Below, one piece after another: positions 42,783 to 52,212 of a DNA stretch of 64,000 nucleotides (positions are counted from its first letter, which is position 1; each line of letters starts with the position of its first letter). The notes beneath the pieces were generated by a model, which saw nothing but the letters and a program-made list of their open reading frames with translations, searched no databases and was not told the DNA's origin. The translations under genes were made by a program, and so were the position numbers. Source of the DNA: Solirubrobacterales bacterium. Lineage in GTDB: Bacteria > Actinomycetota > Thermoleophilia > Solirubrobacterales > 70-9. The stretch covers positions 882 to 64,881 of the forward strand of contig JBJMKM010000099.1 of NCBI GenBank assembly GCA_045805825.1, read 5' to 3'.

Positions 42783-45044
42783 ATGGGGGCCGTTCGCCGG
42801 ATAGGACGAAGCCTCGCATTGCCCATGCTGGCCGTCGTATTGGCCGGACTTGCGCTCTGCGGGCAGGCGAGCGCCGCGCCCAAGCTCAAGGTCGGCGTCG
42901 GCCGCGCCGACATCACCCCGCCGACCGGCTATTACATGATGGGCTGGGTCCGCTCCGACGCCCGGGTGATCGGGCAGCAGACGCGACTGTGGGCGCGGGT
43001 CATCGTGCTTCAGCGCGGCGACCAGAAGGTGGCGCTCGTAAGCGAGGACCTGAACGGCATCCCCGGCGGGATGATGGCCACTGCCGCCAGCCTTGTCCCG
43101 GGTTTCTCGGAGAGAAACGTCCTGGACTCGGCCTCGCACACCCACGCGGCGCCGACCGGGTTCTACAACTTCCCGACGTTCAACACGGTCTTCATGACAC
43201 TGAACTCGCCGACGGACTTCCAGCTCAGTGGAAATCTCGATCCCAAGCTGTATGCCTTCGAGGTCCGCCAGCTGGCGAAGGGCATCCGCCGGGCGAATTC
43301 GGACCTGGGGCCCGGCAAGGTCGGCTGGGGCGAGGTCCAGATCACCCAACTGACCAAGAATCGCTCGCTCGAGGCGCACCTGTACGACCACGGCATCCAC
43401 GAGGCCTACGGGGAGGGCAAGGTGAGCCAGGACCCGAAGGGGCGGCTGCACACGCTCGATCCGCAGGCCAACGTACTGCGGGTGGACAAGATCATGGGCG
43501 GCCGCGACGTGCCGGTCGGAATGTGGTCCACGTTCGCCAACCACGGCACGGTCAACCACTTCCAGTTCACCTTCTACAACGAGGACCACCACGGCTCGGC
43601 AACCCACCTGGTCGAGCGGGCGATCCGCCGCCGCGGGGACGTGCCGAAGGGCCAGGACGTGGTGGACGCCTACGGCAACACGGACGAGGGCGACCAGTCG
43701 TCGGGTCTCGTGCACTGGGGGCCGGCGGCGGCGGACCACGTGGGGACTGTCGAGGCGCGCAAGTTCATGGCCGCGTGGCAGCAGGCGGGGACCCGCATGA
43801 CTCGCGCGCCGCAACTCGATCGCCGCTGGACCCGGATGTGCTTCTGCGGCCAGGACACGGCAGCCGGCCCGGTGGCGAACACCGGCGTCTTCGGCCAGGC
43901 CGAGTTCACGGGCTCGGAGGAGGGGCGCGGTCCGCTGTTCGACGCCACCCGGGTGCCGTTCGAAGGGGATCATCTCCCGGTCGGCGTCGGCCCGCAGGGA
44001 CGGAAGATCCAGACCCCGATTCCCGTGAACATCCCCAAGGCCGTGCCGCTGATGGCGCTGCGGGTTGGCGACCACATGATCGTCTCTATTCCGGGCGAGA
44101 TGACGGCCGAGATGGGGCGCCGCGTCCGCGACGCCGTCGAGCGCGCGGCCCAGGGCTCCGGCGTCAATCGCGCGGTGATCTCCGGCCTCGCGAACGAGTA
44201 CGCCGACTACTTCACGACGCCCCAGGAATACGACGCCCAGCACTACGAGGGCGCCGCCACCGTCTACGGCCGGGCTAGCTCGGTGGCGCTCCAGGAGGCC
44301 CTCGTGAGGCTGACCCACACGATGGTGACCGGCAAGACGGCGCCGAAGGCCTACGCCTACGACCCGCGCAACGGCGTGAAGGCGACGGCCGCGCCGTTCT
44401 CACATGGGGCCGAGGACGGCAAGCTCATCAAGCAGCCCTCCCGGGGCACGAAGCGGCTGCTGCACCCCACGCTCACCTGGCAGGGCGGACCGCGCGGATT
44501 CGACCGGCCGCTCGAGCGAGCGTTCGTCAGGGTCCAGCGGCGCACCGGCCACCGCTGGCGCACCGTCAGCTCGGATCTGGGTCTCGATGTCCTGTGGCGA
44601 GTCAACGCGGACGGCGTCTACCGAGCCGAGTGGGAGCCGACCTACGACCACCGCCTCGGGACCTACCGCTTCCGCATCACGGCCAACCGCTACAGCCTCA
44701 CCTCCCGCAGGTTCCGCCTGCACCCGTCGTCGAAGCTGCGGGTGCGCCGGGTGAGGGCGCCGGCGGGCGAGGTCGCCGTTCAGCTCAACTACCCGAAGCC
44801 GACCGTCCACGAGGACGTCGGCGAACCGCCGCCCGACGCGCACGCGAGTCTCACGGCGCGACCGCGTCGGGTACGCAACGGCACGGTGACGTTCCTCGTC
44901 AACGGCCACCGCAGGACGGTCCACGGGGGACCAGGCGGGACCTTCAGCATCCACGCGTCGCCGGCCGCCGACGTCAAGATCCCTGCCGGTGCCGCGCGCG
45001 ATCGGTTCGGCAATCGCAACGGCGGGGCGACAAACCTGCGGTAG
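42783..45044 (+). CDS. Secreted neutral/alkaline ceramidase family protein
   Basis: Signal RRIGRSLALPMLAVVLAGLALCGQASA. GVGRADITPP.GY.MMGW, ...SASHTHAAPTG, ...IPGEMT.E.GRR: neutral ceramidase N-domain motifs plus a C-terminal beta domain. Confidence 0.8.
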   Translation: MGAVRRIGRSLALPMLAVVLAGLALCGQASAAPKLKVGVGRADITPPTGYYMMGWVRSDARVIGQQTRLWARVIVLQRGDQKVALVSEDLNGIPGGMMATAASLVPGFSERNVLDSASHTHAAPTGFYNFPTFNTVFMTLNSPTDFQLSGNLDPKLYAFEVRQLAKGIRRANSDLGPGKVGWGEVQITQLTKNRSLEAHLYDHGIHEAYGEGKVSQDPKGRLHTLDPQANVLRVDKIMGGRDVPVGMWSTFANHGTVNHFQFTFYNEDHHGSATHLVERAIRRRGDVPKGQDVVDAYGNTDEGDQSSGLVHWGPAAADHVGTVEARKFMAAWQQAGTRMTRAPQLDRRWTRMCFCGQDTAAGPVANTGVFGQAEFTGSEEGRGPLFDATRVPFEGDHLPVGVGPQGRKIQTPIPVNIPKAVPLMALRVGDHMIVSIPGEMTAEMGRRVRDAVERAAQGSGVNRAVISGLANEYADYFTTPQEYDAQHYEGAATVYGRASSVALQEALVRLTHTMVTGKTAPKAYAYDPRNGVKATAAPFSHGAEDGKLIKQPSRGTKRLLHPTLTWQGGPRGFDRPLERAFVRVQRRTGHRWRTVSSDLGLDVLWRVNADGVYRAEWEPTYDHRLGTYRFRITANRYSLTSRRFRLHPSSKLRVRRVRAPAGEVAVQLNYPKPTVHEDVGEPPPDAHASLTARPRRVRNGTVTFLVNGHRRTVHGGPGGTFSIHASPAADVKIPAGAARDRFGNRNGGATNLR

Positions 45045-45120
45045 CCGACGGTTCCCGGTTGCGGCCGCGGCACTTCGGGCGTATAACCGAGCGGTTACAG
45101 GCGCTTGGAGGAGGCTCGCT

Positions 45121-46575
45121 ATGGCGCATTCGGGACTGGGCTCGGTCGCACGCCGCGCAGCGGCACTCGGTTTACTGGTCGCGCTCGTGGGCGCAGGCAC
45201 CGCGTCGGCCAGCTCGCTGGGATTCGCAAAGCGCCAGTTCGTCGATCCCAAGCTCGCCGGCGGCGAGCCGTTCGTGCTCGCCGACAACGTGCACCACACG
45301 TTGATCTACACGGCGCACGAGGGCACCACCCACATCTACCGGCCCGGCCTCGAATACCCGATCGACTTCGGCGTCAACTACCGCAACCAGGTGAACCTGT
45401 GGCGCTCCGACGACAACGGCCGCCACTGGAAGCGGCTGAACTACATCGGCACCGGCTTCCCCACGGACCCCACCGACAACACCGGCTTCAGCGACCCGGA
45501 CCTCACCCAGGACAAGGGCGGGCGCGTCTATGACACCGGGATCGATCTTGCCAACGACTCGGTCTTCTCGTCTGGCGACGGCGGCAGGAACTGGGACCGC
45601 GGCACCCCTCAGTGCCACGAGGGCGACCGGCCGTGGCTCGCGGGAGGGCGGAAGAACGAGGTGTTCATGGCCACGAACACCGAGGAGGAGGGACACCAGA
45701 TCTACCGCAGCAAGGACGGCGGCGACAGCTGCTCGCTCACCGGGGTCCCCGACCAGGGCGAGCTCTCCCACGGCCGCACCTACGTCGGCGACGGCAAGCT
45801 CCTCTATGACCGCAAGCACGACCAGCTCGTCGAGCCGATCGTCTTCCAGAACGCCGACGGGGACATCATCGGCCTGGGCACGTCCACCTGGCACCGCGGC
45901 GATTCGCAGTTCAAGCCCGGTGCGATGATCCCCACGAACCTGTTCGCACACTGGCCCGCGATCGCAATCGACCGCGGCGGCAACACCTACATGGTCTGGG
46001 ACACCGACCCCCGCCGGCACGACTCCAAGGGCTGCGGCGACACGCTGACCGGCAACGGCGCCCCCGGCAGCCCGCTGCCCAATTCGATCAAGGTCGCCGC
46101 CTCCCGCAACTACGGCAAGACGTGGTCACACCCGTTCACGGTCGCGCACCGCAAGTCGGCCCGGGTGTTCTGGCCATGGATCACCGCCGGCAGCGCCGGC
46201 CGAATCGCGGTCACCTGGTACCGCACCGACAAGCTACGCGACCCGGACTGCCAGAAGGTTTCGGTGGCGATCGGCGATGCACACGTATTCCATGCGGCGA
46301 GCGCCAGGCGCCGGATCGCGTACGCCGGGGCTTCACGCGGTCCGATCCACAAGAACAGCACCGTCTGCCAGGGCGGCACGACCTGCGTCGCGACGGGTCA
46401 GGACCGGCGCCTGGGCGACTTCTTCACCAACGCGCTCGACCCACGAGGCTGTGAGCTGATCGCCTCGGGCGACACCACCAGGCCCAGCCCGCTCGGCGGC
46501 CCGAGACCGACGGCCCTGCCCATCCTGATCCGCCAGAACTCAGGTAAGAGACTGGTCGGCAAGGGTCACTGCTAG
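45121..46575 (+). CDS. Secreted BNR/Asp-box repeat protein (sialidase-like six-bladed propeller)
   Basis: ATG 45121 preceded by GGAGGAGG, with a signal peptide. Asp-boxes RSDDNGRHW, SSGDGGRNW, RSKDGGDSC, ASRNYGKTW. Confidence 0.7.
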   Translation: MAHSGLGSVARRAAALGLLVALVGAGTASASSLGFAKRQFVDPKLAGGEPFVLADNVHHTLIYTAHEGTTHIYRPGLEYPIDFGVNYRNQVNLWRSDDNGRHWKRLNYIGTGFPTDPTDNTGFSDPDLTQDKGGRVYDTGIDLANDSVFSSGDGGRNWDRGTPQCHEGDRPWLAGGRKNEVFMATNTEEEGHQIYRSKDGGDSCSLTGVPDQGELSHGRTYVGDGKLLYDRKHDQLVEPIVFQNADGDIIGLGTSTWHRGDSQFKPGAMIPTNLFAHWPAIAIDRGGNTYMVWDTDPRRHDSKGCGDTLTGNGAPGSPLPNSIKVAASRNYGKTWSHPFTVAHRKSARVFWPWITAGSAGRIAVTWYRTDKLRDPDCQKVSVAIGDAHVFHAASARRRIAYAGASRGPIHKNSTVCQGGTTCVATGQDRRLGDFFTNALDPRGCELIASGDTTRPSPLGGPRPTALPILIRQNSGKRLVGKGHC

Positions 46576-47438
46576 AGGGCTGCGTCCGCCAGCAGGTCCA
46601 CCTGCGCCGGGTCGGTTGAGGTGGGGAAGCAGATGAGCTCATCGGCGCCGGCCTCCGCGAACGCGTCGCGGTAGCCGCGAATCGTTTCCGCGTCGGTGGC
46701 GGCGCTGGCGACGATCTGGCCGGCGATCTCATCACCCAGCCACGCGTAGTAGTGGCCTAGATCCTCCTTGGCCGCCTCCTCTGCGCCCTCGCCGAGGCCG
46801 TAGTAACACAGGGCGATCAACCGCGGTGTGCCATCCCGCCCGGCCTCCGACCACGCGTCCTTGATCTTCCCCGACATCTCCTTGAACTGGTCCGGCGTGC
46901 CGCCGCCCATGGTCCAGCCATCTCCGTACTCGGCAACTCGGCGGATCACCGCGGAAACGTTGCCGCCGATCACGAGCTCCGGGCCTCCCTCTCGCGCCGG
47001 CGGCGGGCCGATGGGCCCGGCCGTCCCGCGATCCTCGCCCGCCCAGATCCGCTTCATCTCCTCGAGCTGAGCATCGAACAGCCGCCCGCGCTCGTTGAAC
47101 GGGGTTGCTGTCGATTCGTAGTCGTCCTCCCGCAATCCCACGGCGATTCCAAGCGTCAGACGGCCATTCGACAGCGAGTCGACCGTCGCGGCCTGCTTCG
47201 CCAGCACCGCGCCGTTCCCGCGCAGCGGGCCAAGCAGGATGTCGGTGGTCAGGCGGATCCGCTCCGTGACCGCCGCGGCCGCCGCGAGGGCGATCAGCGA
47301 CTCGTAGTTCCCGTAAACGACTCGGTCGATCGTGCCGAGCGTGGAGAACCCTCGCTCCTCAGCCTTGCGTGCCCAGGTGAGCAGCGAGTCGCGGTCGACT
47401 CCGGGGATCGTCGATGGAAGTCCGATGCCGATGTTCAC
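46572..47438 (-). CDS. LLM-class (luciferase-like) F420-dependent oxidoreductase
   Basis: GTG 47438 preceded by GAAGGAGGAG. VNIGIGLPS...GFSTLGTIDRVVY...SLSNGRLTLGIAVG is a TIM-barrel LLM pattern. The upstream part of track ORF 46572..47993 is a read-through of the MarR antisense. Confidence 0.75.
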   Translation of the reverse strand: MNIGIGLPSTIPGVDRDSLLTWARKAEERGFSTLGTIDRVVYGNYESLIALAAAAAVTERIRLTTDILLGPLRGNGAVLAKQAATVDSLSNGRLTLGIAVGLREDDYESTATPFNERGRLFDAQLEEMKRIWAGEDRGTAGPIGPPPAREGGPELVIGGNVSAVIRRVAEYGDGWTMGGGTPDQFKEMSGKIKDAWSEAGRDGTPRLIALCYYGLGEGAEEAAKEDLGHYYAWLGDEIAGQIVASAATDAETIRGYRDAFAEAGADELICFPTSTDPAQVDLLADAAL

Positions 47439-47488
47439 TCGCTCTCCTCCTTCAGTTGTTGCAGGAGGCGCGAGCGTATCGCCCGGAG

Positions 47489-48010
47489 TTAGGCGGCCCG
47501 CTCCTCGGCCTCGACGTCGACCGGGGGCAGCGCGTCGTAACCGCCGGTGGTCTCCCAGATCGTCTGCAGGGCCGCCTCGAGCTGCTCGCGGTCTGACGGC
47601 TCGAGCCCCTCGAGGAGATCCTTCTCGACCTCGTCCATGACCTTGGAGGACTTCTCGATGACCGCGAGGCCCTTCTTCGAGACCTCGACGATGTGGCGCC
47701 GGCGATCCTGCGGATCGCGGCGCCGGGTGGCGAACCCTCGCTGCTCGAGCTCGTTGAGGATGGCCACCAGGTTGGTGGGATCCACGTGCAGCCGGCCGCA
47801 CAGCGACTGCTGGCTGAGCTCGCCGTGGTCGCGAAGCTCGATCAGAGCGGCGACATGCCGGGGACGGACCCCGAAGGGCTCCAGTGCCTCGGTGAAGCGG
47901 TGGGTGGTGATCCGCCCGAGCTTGATCATCAGCAGCGTGGGCCATCGCTTCGCAATCTCCGGCGCCTCGTGTTTCGTGACCTTTGGCACGCACAGAACGT
48001 TACCAGCCAC
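47489..48010 (-). CDS. MarR family transcriptional regulator
   Basis: wHTH ...LSQQSLCGRLHVDPTNLVAILNELEQRGFATRRRDPQDRRRHIVEVSKKG. Start is GTG 48010 or GTG 47989. Confidence 0.85.
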   Translation of the reverse strand: MAGNVLCVPKVTKHEAPEIAKRWPTLLMIKLGRITTHRFTEALEPFGVRPRHVAALIELRDHGELSQQSLCGRLHVDPTNLVAILNELEQRGFATRRRDPQDRRRHIVEVSKKGLAVIEKSSKVMDEVEKDLLEGLEPSDREQLEAALQTIWETTGGYDALPPVDVEAEERAA

Positions 48011-48015
48011 GAATA

Positions 48016-48031
48016 CTTTGTGTCAACAAAG
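48016..48031. promoter_or_regulatory. Candidate MarR operator
   Basis: Perfect inverted repeat CTTTGT-gtca-ACAAAG in the 43-nt AT-richer marR / MFS divergent intergenic region. Confidence 0.5.
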
Positions 48032-48053
48032 GATTTGCTAGGATCACTCGATC

Positions 48054-49499
48054 TTGCAACGCGCGGTCAATCCCAGTCCCCGGATGATCCTCGCCGTCCT
48101 CTCGCTCGGCGGCATCTCCTACGCCCTGCTTCAGTCGCTCGTCGTCCCCGCCCTCCCGCAGATCCAGGACTCGCTCCACACCTCCGAGAGCTCGATCGGC
48201 TGGATCCTCACGGCGTTCCTTTTGAGCGCGTCGATCACCACGCCGATCATCGGCCGCCTCGGAGACATGTACGGCAAGGAGCGCCTGCTGATGCTCGTGC
48301 TCGTGGCGCTGGCGGCCGGAACGCTGATCTCCGCTGTCGCCACCTCGCTGGACGTGATGCTCGCCGGCCGGGTGATCCAGGGCGCGGGCGCTGGCGTCTT
48401 CCCCCTCGCCTTCTCGATCGTGCGCGACGAGTTCCCCTCGGAGCGGGTGCCCGGGGCGCTCGGCCTCGTCTCCTCTCTGCTCGGCATCGGCGCCGGAGCC
48501 GGAGTGGTGCTCGCGGGCGTCATCACCCAGCAGCTCTCCTACCACTGGCTCTTCTGGTTCCCGCTGGGCCTGATCGCCGTCACCGCGTTCCTGACCTGGC
48601 GCTACATCCCCGAGTCCCCCATCAAGACCCCGGCGCAGATCAACTATGGCGCGGCGGCGCTCATGACCGTCGGCATTTCGGCGCTCCTGCTCGGGATCAC
48701 CGAGACCAGCACCTGGGGGTGGGGCTCGCCGAAGACATTGGGCCTCCTCGCGGCCGGCGGCGTGTTCGTGCTCCTGTGGATCCGCGCGGAGCTTCGATCA
48801 CGCGAGCCTCTCGTCGACATGCGGATGATGGGTATCCGGGGCGTCTGGACAACCAACCTCGTGGCATTTCTCATCGGCGTGGGGATGTACTCCTCCTTCA
48901 TCCTGCTTCCGGAGTTCGTCCAGTCGCCGGAAAGCACTGGCTTTGGGTTCGATGCGTCGGTGACCGTCGCCGGCCTGTACCTCCTGCCGTCGACCATGGC
49001 GATCCTCATAGTCGGCCAGCTGGCGGGCGTCATCGAGCGGCGCATCGGCTCGCGCGGCTCCCTCATCTGGGGCACCATCTTCGCGCTCGGCTGCTACGTC
49101 CTGTTGGTCGCCGACCGCAGCCAGCCCATTGACGTCTACGTCGCGGCGACCCTGCTCGGTATCGGAATCGGTCTCTCGTTCTCCGCGATGGCCAACCTGA
49201 TCGTCGAGAACGTCCCTAGGAACCAGACCGGAGTGGCGACCGGGATGAACGCCGTAACCCGAACACTGGGGGGCGCCTTCGGGGGGCAACTCGCCGCAAC
49301 TCTCCTCGCGAGCAACCTGGGCGCCGGAGGCCTTCCCACCGACACCGGGTTCGCGCTGTCGTTCCTAATGTGCCTGATCGCGCTGGCGGCGGCATTCGGC
49401 TTCGCGCTCTGGGTGCCGCGGCGAGGCGCCTACCGCGAGACCGAGTTCGTGGCGCTCCCGGAAACCGAGTCCCGTGCCCCCGAGCGCTCCGCGGCGTAG
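48054..49499 (+). CDS. MFS transporter, DHA2 (14-TMS drug:H+ antiporter) type
   Basis: LD.SLVVPALPQI, GRLGDMYGKERLL (motif A-like), about 14 hydrophobic segments. Start is TTG 48054 or ATG 48084. Confidence 0.8.
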   Translation: MQRAVNPSPRMILAVLSLGGISYALLQSLVVPALPQIQDSLHTSESSIGWILTAFLLSASITTPIIGRLGDMYGKERLLMLVLVALAAGTLISAVATSLDVMLAGRVIQGAGAGVFPLAFSIVRDEFPSERVPGALGLVSSLLGIGAGAGVVLAGVITQQLSYHWLFWFPLGLIAVTAFLTWRYIPESPIKTPAQINYGAAALMTVGISALLLGITETSTWGWGSPKTLGLLAAGGVFVLLWIRAELRSREPLVDMRMMGIRGVWTTNLVAFLIGVGMYSSFILLPEFVQSPESTGFGFDASVTVAGLYLLPSTMAILIVGQLAGVIERRIGSRGSLIWGTIFALGCYVLLVADRSQPIDVYVAATLLGIGIGLSFSAMANLIVENVPRNQTGVATGMNAVTRTLGGAFGGQLAATLLASNLGAGGLPTDTGFALSFLMCLIALAAAFGFALWVPRRGAYRETEFVALPETESRAPERSAA

Positions 49500-49524
49500 A
49501 GCACGAGCGGGCGGCCGACACCGG

Positions 49525-49761
49525 TCAGGCGCGATCCGCAAGCGCGGTGATGCCACTCTCCTCCGCGCAGTGAGCGCAGCAGAAGACGCGGCCATCGGCC
49601 TCGACCCCATGCCCGATCACCCGGCACCCGCAGTGCTCGCACGTCGGCGCCAGCGCGTGAATCGCGCATTCAAAGCTGTCGAACGTATGTGACTCGTCGC
49701 CGCGAACGACCTGGAACGCCTTGTCGTACTCGTTCCCGCAGACCTCGCACACAGCCATCAC
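49525..49761 (-). CDS. Small Cys/His-rich putative metal-binding protein
   Basis: 78 aa with a strong RBS (GGAGGAGG). CEVCGNEY...HTFDSFECAIHALAPTCEHCGCRVIGHG...FCCAHCA gives 10 Cys and 5 His in zinc-ribbon-like spacing. Confidence 0.65.
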   Translation of the reverse strand: MMAVCEVCGNEYDKAFQVVRGDESHTFDSFECAIHALAPTCEHCGCRVIGHGVEADGRVFCCAHCAEESGITALADRA

Positions 49762-49896
49762 GAACCTCCTCCGTAGCCCTCTTCAGGGCGCTACCCGAGG
49801 CGATTCGCGGTCAAACGGGGCCCGCGTATCGCCCAGGCCTTGCCTCGGGAGCCGTCCGGGCGTAGGGTCGGACGGAGAGCTACCAGAGGGAGACCC

Positions 49897-50337
49897 ATGA
49901 GCCAGGCGAACATCGAGACGTCCAAGCGCGTGATCCTGGAGGCATTTGGCGACGGTCGCACCGCGACTCTCGACGAGGTGTGCGCCGCGGATTTCGTCGA
50001 CCACGACCCGATTCAGGGTGACCAGGACGCCGATTCCGTGAAGCAGCGGATCACGGAGTACAAGGCCGCATTCCCGGACCTCGAGTTCACGATCGAGGAG
50101 GCCTTCGCGGCCGACGACAAGGTCGTACTTCGCTGGAGCGGCCAGGGCACGTTCGAGAACGACTTCATGGGACAGGAGCCCACCCACGAGAGGGGCGACC
50201 CCATCCGCGGAATCAGCATCGACCGCTTCGACGAGAACGGCAAGATCGCCGAAGCTTGGGCGCAGTGGGACGTTCTGACGTTCATACGCCAGCTCAGGCT
50301 GATGCCGGAGGGCGCGGAGACGCCGGCAGGCGCCTAG
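49897..50337 (+). CDS. SnoaL-like ester/polyketide cyclase family protein
   Basis: ATG 49897 preceded by AGAGGGAG. ...FVDHDPIQG......K.RI.EYKAAFPDLEFTIEE.FA.DDKVV.RW...GT is typical of the ester cyclase family. Confidence 0.75.
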   Translation: MSQANIETSKRVILEAFGDGRTATLDEVCAADFVDHDPIQGDQDADSVKQRITEYKAAFPDLEFTIEEAFAADDKVVLRWSGQGTFENDFMGQEPTHERGDPIRGISIDRFDENGKIAEAWAQWDVLTFIRQLRLMPEGAETPAGA

Positions 50338-50768
50338 CTGCCTTCGAGGCGCCGCTTGAGCGCCGCGAACTGGTTGGCGATGTCCCGGCTCACCATCCGT
50401 CGCGCGATCGGATACTGAAAGCGAGGAATCTTCCAGCCGATCCGGTCGCGCTGGGTGAGGCGCGTGCCCGTCTCGACGGACTCGAGCTCGTAGGTCACGT
50501 CGAAGACGCCGTCGTCGTCCTCCTCGCGCAGGCGCATGCGACTTGGCGGCGTGTACTCCTCGACCGTCACCATGAGTTCCTTCGGCTTGCGGAGTGGGAC
50601 CGGTCGGTGCATCACCCGGTACCGCGCCTCCGGACCAGGACCGTCGCCGGCCAACTGCTCAACCGACTGCACCTTCTTGCACCAGCCCGAGTCATTGCGC
50701 AGGTCGGCGATGTAGTCCCACACCTCTTGGACGGGTCGATCGATCGTGATCGTGGTCTCGAGGTCCAT
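50334..50768 (-). CDS. SRPBCC (START/Bet v1-like, polyketide cyclase/dehydrase) family protein
   Basis: TITIDRPVQEVWDYIADLRN...W: N-terminal pattern of SRPBCC proteins; 144 aa. Confidence 0.7.
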   Translation of the reverse strand: MDLETTITIDRPVQEVWDYIADLRNDSGWCKKVQSVEQLAGDGPGPEARYRVMHRPVPLRKPKELMVTVEEYTPPSRMRLREEDDDGVFDVTYELESVETGTRLTQRDRIGWKIPRFQYPIARRMVSRDIANQFAALKRRLEGS

Positions 50769-50795
50769 TCCCTGGGAGCCTGACAGCGAGGCGGC

Positions 50796-51152
50796 TCAGT
50801 CGCGCAGGTCGACAGCGATCGGCAGCGACCGCTCGCGCCAGTCGTCGAGATCGCCGCTGTAGCCCGGCGAGTACTTCTCGAAGAGAAGAGCGCGGGCCCG
50901 TGTCTCCTCGTCGGGGTCGTCGACGACCCGGGCCTGGCCGTCGAACGTGCGGTTGGAGATCCGCACCCGGACCCGCTGTTCGCGCATCAGGTTCTTGACC
51001 CAGTCGGAGCGATCACGGCCGCCGGAGAGCATGTAGAGCGTGGACCCATCGAGCCCGAACCAGATCTCGATCTCACGCGGCTCCCCACTGACCCGCCCGG
51101 TCGTCGTGAGATAGCAGTAGTCCTCGTCGGCGATGGAAGTCTCGCGGCCCAT
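50796..51152 (-). CDS. Split-barrel flavin/deazaflavin reductase-like protein (DUF385/PNPOx-like)
   Basis: CYLTTTGRVSGEPREIEIWFGLDGSTLYMLSGGRDRSDWVKNLMREQRVRVRI resembles F420H2-dependent reductase family members. Start uncertain (ATG 51152 or TTG 51221). Confidence 0.6.
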   Translation of the reverse strand: MGRETSIADEDYCYLTTTGRVSGEPREIEIWFGLDGSTLYMLSGGRDRSDWVKNLMREQRVRVRISNRTFDGQARVVDDPDEETRARALLFEKYSPGYSGDLDDWRERSLPIAVDLRD

Positions 51153-51338
51153 ACCGCTGGATTCTGACGGCGCGCATATTCTGGACTCGTGACGCAAGTG
51201 GTCGATCGCGAGCGGCTCCAAGGTCTTCTACGGACCGAGGAGGAGCGCTTCGTCCAGCAGCACCCGCGTTCGCGCGAGCTCTTCAAGCAGGGACGGCGGT
51301 CCCTGCCAACGTCCGGCGGATGTTGGAGGCGCCGAGCG

Positions 51339-52127
51339 TCAGCCGCGCCGAAAGTGCACTAGCTGAGAGCGCTCCCTCGGGCCCTTCACGACCTTCGCCT
51401 TGACCGTTCCCACGCCGCGAACGTAGTACTTGTTCTCGACGATCCCCGGCTCGAGTGGCGTCCACTCCTTGGTCCGAACAGCGTGGCGGCTCGACACGTA
51501 GGGACTATGTACGCGGGCACTCACGTCGAGGATCTTGAAGTGGTCCTCGGCGTGCCCCTTGAGGTACTCCTGGCGTGCTGTCTGGCCCCGCTTCGGATGA
51601 CCGGGGAACAGGACGCCCGGGCGCGCGCCGTTCTTGCCCGCCTTGAACGAGCCCTCGCGACTGATCACGTGGCCGTGGCTGTCCAGCTCCTTCGTGTTCT
51701 CGCCGAAGTACCAGACGTTGCCGCGGCGATCCTGCGCGTACCAGTCGTCGGTGACCTCGCGCGGCTCGCCGTGCTTGAAGACCACATCGTGGACGATCGT
51801 CGTGTGGACGCCCAGGATCGTCTTTCGCTTGTGCTTGACGTGGACCTTGTTGCTCTCGTGCGTCTTGCCCTCGATGCCGCGGTAAAACCACTTGCTGCCG
51901 GGCTTGAGCGGAAACCACGGGTTGTCGACCCTGCGGACGAAGTCGCTCGGATGAAGCGTCTTTGGCCACCCGGGGCCCGCACCCGACTTGATCGTCCTCT
52001 GGCCCTTCGCCGCGGGCGCGGCGCCGGACTGAGCCGCCCCGCCGGCGATGATCGCCGCCAGTGCCGCCGCGGTCGCGATCAGCGCGAGCGCTGGCCGCCT
52101 TCGAATCGGTGTCGTGTTCGCCTTCAC
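51339..52127 (-). CDS. Secreted conserved hypothetical protein
   Basis: GTG 52127 preceded by AAAGGAGCG. Signal/anchor RRRPALALIATAAALAAIIAGGAAQSGAA. Contains DDWYAQDRRGNVWYFGE, which I have seen in uncharacterised actinobacterial secreted proteins. Confidence 0.6.
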   Translation of the reverse strand: MKANTTPIRRRPALALIATAAALAAIIAGGAAQSGAAPAAKGQRTIKSGAGPGWPKTLHPSDFVRRVDNPWFPLKPGSKWFYRGIEGKTHESNKVHVKHKRKTILGVHTTIVHDVVFKHGEPREVTDDWYAQDRRGNVWYFGENTKELDSHGHVISREGSFKAGKNGARPGVLFPGHPKRGQTARQEYLKGHAEDHFKILDVSARVHSPYVSSRHAVRTKEWTPLEPGIVENKYYVRGVGTVKAKVVKGPRERSQLVHFRRG

Positions 52128-52212
52128 GATGTCGCTCCTTTCGATCGCCGATTGCATGCGGACCGTAGGCGGGCCGGATGAAAGCCCCATGACAATCGGA
52201 TGGCCGACGTGA

